DNA of 64,000 nt from Octopus bimaculoides (Eukaryota), in NCBI RefSeq assembly GCF_001194135.2, contig NC_068989.1:48533859-48597858 (forward strand), read 5' to 3'. A model generated the notes under the pieces. It saw only the letters and a list, made by a program, of their open reading frames with translations, did not search any database and was not told the DNA's origin. A program made the translations under genes and the position numbers. Positions 12,501 through 24,500 of this stretch are shown piece by piece (within the stretch, counting starts at the first letter, position 1; every line of letters begins with the position of its first letter).

Positions 12501-15500
12501 AGGCCACTTGCCTTCATATATATATATATAAACAAGATACAGTGGGTAACAACAACATGCCTTCAAGAACACAATATATTTAGTGGGACACCACTTTCTG
12601 TATGCATGTACCTGATGTGACCCAGACTGCACCAATAGATGTGACACAATTAGATGCCTAATATCCCACCCCCAAAGGACAGTCACAGGAGGGGGAAAAA
12701 TGATAGTTGTACTGAATAAAGACTAGTGCCAAATCTATCTTTCGTTTCCTTCATCAGTTATTATACACACACACACACACATATATGTATACATACATAC
12801 ACACACCCATAGAAACATGCTAATAGCTTAGGAGTGAAATTTAGGATTTCTTGGTTTTCTGTGAATCAATTTTGATAAGAATTTTCCCAGCTGGTTTGCA
12901 CACTATGGCAACACCATTGTTATGTTTTCATTATTCTGTGTAACGACCTCATTTTTTTAAATTTCAGAATTTTCAGCTTTTTGAGTGAACCACGCTAATA
13001 GCTTTTGAATGAAAATACCCAATCTAGACATTTTTTTCAGAAAATGAAGGGTAATGATACACATTGAGCATACATTGAGTATATATTTAACAGAAAACAA
13101 TAATGATATTATAACATTTATTGACATAATGAATTATTTAGCCACATTAGTGCCATTTCGATAGATAACTTCAAAAACCCTGTTAGTCTTGGAATTTGTC
13201 AATTTCTTAATAGTTGCAGGCTGGACTGCTTCTGCTGCAGCTTTGATGGTCTCCCATAAGACATCTTTCAATGTAAATTGGTGTTCATTGGCATAAACAC
13301 CTTGTTTAATGATGGACAAAAGTTTTTTGATAGGGTTGAGATCTGGAGATGCCATAAGACCCAAGAATTGTTTGGGTGGTCCTAGCAGAGCGGGAGGGAG
13401 CATTGTCATTCATAAATATGAGATTCTTTACAAGTGAAAGCAGTATGTCATCTAGCTAGGGATCCAAGACCTCCTTCAGGAGTTTGCAGTAGGCAGCTGC
13501 AATCACTTTAACCTCCTCAGGCACCCTGACTGGGCTAACAAGTCTGTCCCCAATGATGCCAGCCCACAACATGACTCTTCCACCCTGTTGCTGACGTTGT
13601 AAACATTGCTCAAGGGTCGCCCTTGTTTCATGATTGAACAGAACACAATTCAAGTCTAATGTCATGTACTTTTGGGCCTACTGAAGCCTCAAACTCCTGT
13701 GAGGAGGCAGTTTCAGGGGTTCTCGCATGGAAGCCATGGTCCCAAGGATGCGATTTCTGGTGGTTTTCGGTACATGAGTAAGTCTGAAGGCAGTGGAAAT
13801 GGCTTTGCTTGTTTGTCCAGGTTTCCCATGTAAATTGCAGCCAATATTCCTTAAATCCCTAGCTGTCACTGTCTTGGAGGTTCCACAATCAGATTATTTC
13901 TTCCTTGGCACTCATGTGGCTAAGTAACTCATTAAGTCAATAAATGTTATGTTATTATGGTTTTCTGCTAAATATATATTCAATGTATGCTTAATATGTA
14001 TCATTACTCTTCATTTTCTGAAGAAAAAAATGCCTAGATGGGCTATCTTCATTCAAAGGCTGAAGAATTTGAAATAAAAAAACTCAAAACTGAAGAATTA
14101 AGAAAAAAAAAAAAAGAATGTTACACAGAATAATGAAAATGCAACAATGGTGTTGCCATAGTGTGCAAACCAACTGGGAAAAGTTGTATCAAAATCGATT
14201 CACAGAAAACTGAGCAACCCTAAATTTCACTCAACCATTAGCATGGTTCTGGGTGTATATGTACATATACATATGCATCTATATACACACAAACAAACAC
14301 CAGTTGTCACTTGTAAGGGAGTATGACCTACTAACATGCCCCATGTTCTAGCTAAATGTTTTAGGTGCTCATAATAACTATAACTCAGCGGAGCACCTAT
14401 GATGTAACAACTGGTAAGAGAGAGAGGGTTGCATGAGTATTCAGCTGGTACTTATTTTCAGCTGAGTAGATTGCAGCAACATAAAATGAAGTACCTTGCT
14501 CAAGGACACAACATGGCACCCAAGTCCAGGATATCATTCCAAGACTCAAATGTTTATAGGTTATTATTGAAGCAACTTTTCTCTTGCCTTATAGTAGCAT
14601 AGAAGTGTTGGTACCACATTTGTCAGCCAGGTTCACAGAACAAAGTTTGAGAAATCTGTTCTTAAACAACTGAACAACCAGCTGTGATTCAACAAGTATT
14701 ATACATTATAACAAGGCCACTTCAAATATTCATCTGTATGTGTTTGTAATTTAGTAAATTAACTTAGTCACAATATTGCCAATCTTAAGTTAGTATAATA
14801 GTTTAGTAGCATATAGCTTTGCCAAATGAAAAGTCTTGAAGAATTATAAACTCCTGTGTATACATCACTCATGCTAATAAGCTTTCCCAAATAGATTAAA
14901 TTACTGAAGTTGTTATATGACATGATTAAATTAACTAACCTTAAGCTTATTTTTGACTACAATAAAAGTTTTTTTTCTTTCTATTTTTTAATAGTTTGTG
15001 AATGCTTCTCAAATTTACTTTTAATTTATATATTCTTATTTCCAACAATGAGAGAGAAAAAAAGGGTGTATGTGTGTGTGTGTGGATTCTCTTGTTTTTC
15101 TACTTCAGCATCATTAAACAAAGTTTAGGAAATAAGTGTGTGCTAGGATGATGGCTCACGTTGGTTGTCTACATGCCATATAGTCATGACAAATGAAGAA
15201 TTATCATGCAGAGATGGGGACTGACTGACACACTACTTGGAGGGTTGCCCAAGACAACCTGAGCACATACCAACAAATGGTAGATGCACTGACATACTGC
15301 AGTGGTGCATACCCCCATACATGATCTGCTTCAAAAAGCAATCTTCAATCTTTCTCACAAGGAGTCTTTCTGTTAAATTTGACCAGTATCAGTATCAAGT
15401 TTTGATTTTATTACATCAAAATTTGATCAGTCCTTAAAAATACTTTTGCTCTTCATTAGATAACATAATTTTTAAAAAAATCAACAATAGATTATCTTAA

Positions 15501-18500
15501 CATTAATAGTACTTTTCAGTTATGATGATGAGGGTTCCAGTTGATCTGATCAACAAAACAGCCAGCTCGTGAAATTAACATGCAAGTGACTGAGCACTCC
15601 ACAGACACACGTCTCCCTAATGTAGTTCTGATGTAGATTCAGCATGACACAGAATGTGACAAGGCCGGGCCTTTGATTTACAGGTACTACTCATTTTTGC
15701 CAGCTGAGTCGACTGGAGTAATGTAAAATGAAGTGTCACGACTGTGAGCCGAATATTCTAACCATTTATTTCTAAAATATACCCTAAATTATTTGGCTAC
15801 TTGTATCAATGCAAACATTTACTCACATAATGCATTTCATATGGTTAAGATAGCTACCTACATACATTGACGTATATGTGTACCTATACAATGCCCTTCA
15901 ACAAGACAGCCACACTATTTTTGGATAAGTTATTTTAAATTATAAGCAACAGCAACATAGTAAAACTGATGAGTGTTTTAGGAATCAGTAGAACTAAATT
16001 TAGGGTCTATTTTAGTAATTCAATCAACACTACTGTTAATGAAATTTGTAAATGAATGATTGGACACACTCATCTACATATCACACCCACCTACTCACAA
16101 TAAATAAATAGAAGTTCCCATTATTTTACAGGGACATTAACAATGACAACAGAACTTTCACAGAGTTTTTTAACTTTGGAACAAGGCCATAAATTTTAAA
16201 GGAAGGCATAGATAATTTTGATCAACAACTACTTGATTTGGAACTATTTTATTGATTACTTGATAAATCAATCAAAAGATACAATTGACTTCTGTAAGAT
16301 TTGAACACAGAATGTGAAGTAAAACAATCAGATACTACAAGACATTTATTTGTCCAGTGCTTGAGTAAATTTGCCAACTCACAAACCTTATAATAATTAC
16401 ATGGCGTACACATTGTGTATAGTAATGTTAAATAATGCAAATAACATTTCTCTCTTCTTGCTGTCATAATTTGGGTGTTGTATGCCAACTGAATTCTAAC
16501 TTGAGAAATGTGTTTACAGGCATATAATTTAAACAGTCTTTAATAACAGTACTAATTTAGTGAATATAATTGTGAAAAAAATAAGGTCATAACATGCCTA
16601 CTGATTAATACTAGTGTTACTCTCAGACAACAATTCCTAGATTTTACACAAATTAGCCAGATTTGCAAACAGAAATCTTCAACCTCTGGTAGAGATGACA
16701 GCAACAAAAATTATTGAAGCAATTAGTGGTTTTGGGTTTGTTAGTATGATACTGATCAATAAGGTGGATAGATAGTACCTGATGGCACCAAGCTTCATGA
16801 GTTAGAAAAAGCTGCTTTTACTAATATTATATATCCATTAAATAATATTGTCCTCATAATAAATAAATCAAAAGACATTTTGTAGACATGGTCAGTGTTA
16901 AATGTTTACTTACATTTATAACTACGCTCTAGTCATATCTCTATTTCTACATCTCCAGATGATGAATAAAGATAATAATAATAATAGTAATAATAATAAT
17001 AATCCTTTCTATTATAGGCACAAGAATGATAATAATAATACTGAGTGCCTGTCATAAAATCAATTCATACATGCACAAACACACGCAATGGAGTTCTTGC
17101 AGTTTCCATCAACCAAATTCACTCATAAAGCAATGACCAGCCTATGTCTACAGCAGAAGATATTTACCCAAAGTGTCATGTAACAGGACTGAACCCAACC
17201 TATGTGGTTGGGAAGATAACGTTTTAACTACACTACAGTGCCTGCACTTATTTATATATACACACACACATTCTTTTACTTGTATCAGCTATTTGACTGT
17301 GGCCATGCTGGTGCACCACCTTTTAGCTTGAAGAAATCCACCCCAGGACTTATTCTTTGTAAGTCTGGTAATTTTTCTATTGGCCTCTTTTGCCAAACTG
17401 CTAAGTTACGGGAATGTAAACACACCAACATTGGTTGTCAAATGATGGTTGGGGGACAACACAGACACAGAGACACACACATAAATAAATATATTTATAT
17501 ATATATATATATACAATGGGCTTCTTTCAGTTTCCATCTACCAAATCCACTCACAAGGCTTTGGTCAGCCCAAGGTTATAGTAGAAGACACTTGCCCAAG
17601 GTGCTATGCAGTGGGACTGAACCCAGAACCATGTGATTGGGAAGCAAGCTTCTTACCACACAACCAACTTATTTCAATTGTTAAACTGTAGCCTTGAAGA
17701 ATTTTCAGTGAAATGGATCAACCCCCAGTTCTTATTTTCTTTCTTTTTTTAAGCCTGGTACTTATTCTATTGGTCTCTTTTGCGGAACCAATGAATTATG
17801 GGGGAACACAGGCACAAACACACACACACACAACATTAATCTATTTTGCACATTGATACAGAAACTCGAGTCTGAGGTTAACTACAAAAATATTTTTTAT
17901 TTTCAACCCCTTTGAAATTGCTCTTATTTGTGGTTTGGGCTTCAACTGCCCTTTCTAGCATGTAATGTGTCCTGCTAAACGTCACCTCTTTCATGTATAA
18001 AAACAAAAATTATTTGTACACAATTATATATGAAAATATGTTGTCTAATGACTTTATTATCCATGCTAGCCACTGGTATGAACATTTTTCTAAATTTTCT
18101 ACTCTTATTATTTTCAAAGTAAAATTTTTGTAGTTTTGGAGTTTTTCTGGTACGCAGTTTTAATTTTTTATTATTATTTGCTGCCAAATGTAACTGTGCT
18201 TGTACAGTGGATTTGAAAATTAAAATGTATAAGTATGTAGCACGTGTATTTTTGGTGCTATTTGCTGCATAAATATGCATTAATTTTAGCGCCCTCACTG
18301 AAGAAGTATGGATGGCAAATTAATATTTTTTGTACATTGATACAGAAACTTGAGTCTAAGGGTAACTTCAAAAATATTTTTTATTTTCATTCCCTTTGAA
18401 ATTGCTCTTATTCGTTATTTGGTCTTTAACTGCCCTTTCTAGCATCTAAGGTGTCCTGTTAAAGGTCACCTCTTTCGTGTATAAATACGTAAATTGTTTG

Positions 18501-21500
18501 TGCACTATTACATATGAATATATATATATATATATATATGATGGCCCTCTTTCAGTTTCCAGTTGCCAAATCAACTCACAAGGCTTTGGTAGGCCCGAGG
18601 CCAGAGTAGTAGATACTTGCCCACAATGCCATGTAGTGGAATAGAACCTGGAACTATGTGGTCAGGAAGCAAGCTTCTTACCAAATATCCATACCTGCAC
18701 ACACACACTCTATCTATATAAATATATATCAGTATACATACACACACCCACACAAACGTTCAAACACATACAAATTCATGCATACACATGCAATAAATTC
18801 TGTGCAGATTCCTGAAATCAATGTTTAATTTAGGCAGCTCAAAGGTTTGAATTCAAAATGAAGTCTTGACTAAATTTGTCGACATCATCTTTTTGTTCTT
18901 TTGTAGGTTCAAGTGTGAATCTTTGACACTTCGAAGAATCACTTGTCAAGAACATATTTCTATGTCAGGGAAATGGAAGAAAGTGAGAAATGTCTGAAAA
19001 TTACCATAAATCCATCAGTACCTCATTATAGAAATACGGGAACTTAAGTACTTTATTGTTATCATAGATTTTCTTTGCTTAAAAGTTTGTAGACATTGTT
19101 TCCTGAACTTTCTAGTTAAAACATGTTGCTTGATGAATTTCAGTTAGTCTCACTTGTAAAATGAATTTCAGCTAGCCTCACCCACATGTGAGTGGTGAGA
19201 TAAGAAAAGGATTTCATTCCTAAAAATACTGTCCTAATCAATTTATTAAAATGTATATTATGATAGTTAAGACTATTGCTGTCAATCTATCATCATTTTA
19301 ACTTCCACTTTTCAATGCTTGCATGGGTTGGAGGGAGTTCATTTTCTATGACTGGGTGTCCTTCCTGTTATGAACCCTTGCCTGTTTCCAAGCAAGGTAA
19401 TCTTTACCTATGGCCAGGTATGTTCTTGCAGAATATTGGAAATGAATGACACTGCTTATATAACAGTGACAATCATTTACAACTATCATACAATGTCAAG
19501 ACAAGTAGACACAAACATATACATATGATGGTCTTCTTTCAGTTTCCATCCACCAAATCCACTCATGTATCTTTTGTAGGCCTAGGGTTTTAGTAGAAGG
19601 TACCTATCCAAGGTGCCATGCAGTGGGACTGAATACAAAACCATGTGATTCAGAAGCAAACTTCTTACCACATAGCCATACCTGTGCCGTATAATTATCC
19701 TTATTGATTTTGTCCGAGATGGAAATATGAGGTGTTACATTCATGCTTTGCCAAAGCAAAAGCAACATATTTAAATCTTTCCAAATTACAAGGACCTGTA
19801 ACGATGCTTGACTCTGGTTTGATTGGTATTAAATGGCTAAGAAAGAAATCCTGCCACTGGTTTATCTCAGGGCAGTTCATATGTGGGGATGGGTCAAAGT
19901 TTGTACTGTAATTACTGTAAATACTTATCAACTTGACAATATCATGGCTTGCAATAGTAAATGACATCTATTTACGTCAAGTAAATTATACTAAAACATT
20001 GAGAACTATGTGTTTTCATCATGGACATGACAGAGTAGTAGTGGCAAGATATGAACTACTGATAATTTACTTTGTTGCTTTTTGTCTGTTTTCTTTTCTA
20101 CTGGCTGGGTATGGAAGAAGAAGCCGTGTCCATGGCCTTTACAGTAATGTTAAAAGGCAAAGTTGACATACATGCATATAACAAGATTCTTTGTAGTTTC
20201 CATCTATCAAATTCCAGAGATTTGCCTACAGTTCCACAGTGGGATTGAACCCAATGCTATGTGGTTGCAAAGCAAACTTCTTAACCACACATCTATACTG
20301 GCACATATATATTTAGTATATACACTGTTTTATAACAAAAGGTATATATACCTTAAAGAAATTATGTTTAGAATTTAAGGTCTCCATATTTGTAAAGAAA
20401 TGAAGTGTTTTCTGGATTATTATGAAGTCTTTTCTGGATTATTAATAATTATTTTCATGTTTCTTTACATTATTACACTGTATTAATACAGTCTTTGACT
20501 TCCAGGAACCTAGTTCTCCATATAAACATATACAAAATTTGGGTTTGAACATAACACTTTAATTATTTATTTCAAATTTTGACACAAGGCCAGCAATTAT
20601 GGGGGAGGATGCAGGTTGAGTAAATTGACCCCAGAGTTCAACTGGTATTTATTTTATCGACTCAGAAAAAATGAAAGGCAAAGTCGACCTTGATGGAATT
20701 TGAACTCACAACATAAAGACAGATGAAATGCTGCAATACATTTTGCCTGGCGTGCTAACAATTCTGCCAGCTTACTGCCTTAAACAGAGAACTTTAATTA
20801 TTGCTTTCAAATTTTGACACAAAGGCCAGCAATTACAGGGGAGAGTGCAGGTTGATTACATCAACCTTGTGGTCAACTGGTACTTAATTTATTGACCCTG
20901 AAAGGATGTAAAACAGAGTTGATCTCAGCAGAATTTGAACTCAACATACAGACAGATGAAATGCCACTAAGCATTTTGCCAGCTTATTGCCTTACGCAGA
21001 ACTTCAATTGTTAATGCAAAGTTTTAGCCATTCTTGTTAAACATACATGACATTTCCCATCTTCTATCTGTAGCATGAGAAATACAACATATTTCTTATA
21101 TTAACCTATTGCACCAGTGAAGAATTTGATAAGCTGAACAACAAATTCATTAACAGATTTCCAAATTGCCTTTCCAATCTGACATGCCTTAATAAAGTCA
21201 TGCACCCTAATTACACACACGCATACTCCATATATCTATTGCATGCCTATTATGCTTGTACATAAAGGCTTGAATGCTGCCAGTTTGATGTTAGAGGCAT
21301 TTGTGCTTCAACCTGTATACATGTGTGTGCGTATGTGAGAGAGAGAAAGAGAGAGAGGGAGTGCCTATTTGGGTGAGTGTATACTTGTGTCTTGTCAAGA
21401 ATAACTGTGAAGATTGTATACAAACGTCCACATGCACACACACAATTTACATCTGCTTTTCTATGCTTGCATGGATTAGATGGGTCTTCTCCAACAGTGT

Positions 21501-24500
21501 CTTTCCATTTATTGTGTACTTTTATCATCATCTTTGTCAAGGTCAACACACTGAGATCAACATTCATTACTTTTGCCCATGTCTTCCTTAGTTTTTCTCT
21601 TATACAGTTTCCTGTTTCCTTCCATGTGAATCTCCAAGCATTTCTCTACCTATCTGTTATCATCCATACATATAACATACACTGTTGTCTCCCTTGTATG
21701 TTAAATCTACCATCTCATTCTTTTCATATTTAGTTTTTCTCTCAGCTTATCAGAACTATGTCATTCATACACACCAGCTTTATGCATCTAGCAGAGCATA
21801 AATTGTTAATTTCATTCCAGTTATTGCACATCTGCATTCAATGCTCACATTTTACTACCATGCAGCATTACACTTTGTACACAAGCAGTGTACAGTCTAT
21901 CCTGTGCTCAAAGAAAGTATCTCCTTGTTATCCACAGAGCTCTCAAAACATTTTTTCAATCTACTGCATGCATGTGTATGTGTGTGCAGAGAATAACATG
22001 ATTTTACAAACCAACTATGGTTTGCAATAGAAGCATCAGCAATCCTATGCATTATTTTGATGCTAATTTGACAAAACCGAATGTGCCAGAAAATTAACCA
22101 ACTTCAATTTACACGAAATCAAATTACAATAAAGATCGGAGCCATCCAATTAACATAGCATCTAGATCTTTTATACAGATATTTGGGAAGATTAAAAAAC
22201 TGAATAAATTGTAAAGAAAATAAATAAATGAATATAGAAAAATCAAACGAAAAGTAAACAGATGAAGCCAGTCCCCTTTCTTAATAATACATTTAATAAA
22301 TAACAGCATTTTATATGCAAGAAGGAAACAAATACTAATTAACGTGGTTGGTGTAAACGTCCACCCAATTTAGGTAAAGACAGTCATTTTGCTTCCTTAA
22401 ACTAGGTTACAAATGATGTGTTTATAGCTTAAGTTTTCTGCAAAACCTAATGATGACTATGCACATGAAAATATGTAAATAGATAAATATAAAAACGTGT
22501 ATATATGTATATATATATGAGGGCGTATGGCTTAGTGTTTAAAGTGTTGCACTCATGACCACAAGATCATGGTTTCAATTCCTGGATCAGGTGGTGCACT
22601 GTGTTCTAAAGCAAAACACTTCATCTCATATTGCTCTGTGATCACTACGATGCCATATGTAAGGTACACAGGAAATGTCAATTTGATGGAAGGAGTAAGC
22701 TATGGTTTGCAATATCATTTGTGCAGTTTATTCAGAAAGAAATCACAGAACAACTGTCTTTCTCAGTCTATGAGAGATTATCATATATGTATATATATAT
22801 ATATATATATATAATATAATATAGGATAAATTCTTTATAAGAATTTATCAAGTAGTCAGCGTGAAAAAACCTCATAATGAAAACATAACGAAAAATTTCG
22901 TAATGAAAAAATTCATTGTTTCTTCATGGATATATTTAATTATATATAAAGGGCATTAACTGTGTATCAATGCCTCACGCTATCGAGGGACTAAATAAGT
23001 AAAAAAAACTACCAAAAATAAGCAACATATTTACCGAAAGCGAGGGAATGCAGCTTTTCAAAATTTATCTCTTAAAAACATTTAACTCAACGGTAGACCA
23101 CTGGTTTCTCAATCAAATACAGAAAAAACTGTGAAGTAACCTGTATTCTTTTGTTCATCAGAACACGTATGCTTAAGATATATAAAAATAAACAAGAACC
23201 ACCTACCACGATGTAGCCATTACAGCAACGATGACTTTTGTTCACAATTATATATCCTTGAAAGAGATTTGAATTTATCCAGTTGCATCTCGGTAACATG
23301 TGCTTATACAGAATGATATTCAGCACTGAATATATTCTAATTATTTATAATATAATATAGGATAAATTCTTTATACATCGTTGCTGTGATGGCTACATCA
23401 TTGCTGTGATGGCTACATCNNNNNNNNNNNNNNNNNNNNNNNNNNNNNNNNNNNNNNNNNNNNNNNNNNNNNNNNNNNNNNNNNNNNNNNNNNNNNNNNN
23501 NNNNNNNNNNNNNNNNNNNNNNNNNNNNNNNNNNNNNNNNNNNNNNNNNNNNNNNNNNNNNNNNNNNNNNNNNNNNNNNNNNNNNNNNNNNNNNNNNNNN
23601 NNNNNNNNNNNNNNNNNNNNNNNNNNNNNNNNNNNNNNNNNNNNNNNNNNNNNNNNNNNNNNNNNNNNNNNNNNNNNNNNNNNNNNNNNNNNNNNNNNNN
23701 NNNNNNNNNNNNNNNNNNNNNNNNNNNNNNNNNNNNNNNNNNNNNNNNNNNNNNNNNNNNNNNNNNNNNNNNNNNNNNNNNNNNNNNNNNNNNNNNNNNN
23801 NNNNNNNNNNNNNNNNNNNNNNNNNNNNNNNNNNNNNNNNNNNNNNNNNNNNNNNNNNNNNNNNNNNNNNNNNNNNNNNNNNNNNNNNNNNNNNNNNNNN
23901 NNNNNNNNNNNNNNNNNNNNNNNNNNNNNNNNNNNNNNNNNNNNNNNNNNNNNNNNNNNNNNNNNNNNNNNNNNNNNNNNNNNNNNNNNNNNNNNNNNNN
24001 NNNNNNNNNNNNNNNNNNNNNNNNNNNNNNNNNNNNNNNNNNNNNNNNNNNNNNNNNNNNNNNNNNNNNNNNNNNNNNNNNNNNNNNNNNNNNNNNNNNN
24101 NNNNNNNNNNNNNNNNNNNNNNNNNNNNNNNNNNNNNNNNNNNNNNNNNNNNNNNNNNNNNNNNNNNNNNNNNNNNNNNNNNNNNNNNNNNNNNNNATAT
24201 ATATATATATATATATATAATGTAAATAAGTAACAAGGACGTACAAGTGTCAATACATTACAGCCATTTGAAGTGGCTCCATTTAACTGATCAATGAAAA
24301 CATTACATCAATTTGAAAGAAACCGCTCTCTTCAGAGGCAAATGACCATATAGATTTCAAACACAAAGGATGAACCATTTTTAACAAATTTGCATCAATA
24401 ATAGAAACCAAAATAATTACATTGTTTTCTTACATTATATCTATGGCAGAATGATTTTAGAAAATAATATATATCTTACTAAGCCTACTATAATTTAGAA

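Noticed and set aside
24245-24340. CTGAAGA ... (c)aaatggctgta on the minus strand, hammerhead-like
   Set aside because: GAAA and stem III carry several mismatches and stem I does not pair; too decayed to call, though it may be a Penelope tail.
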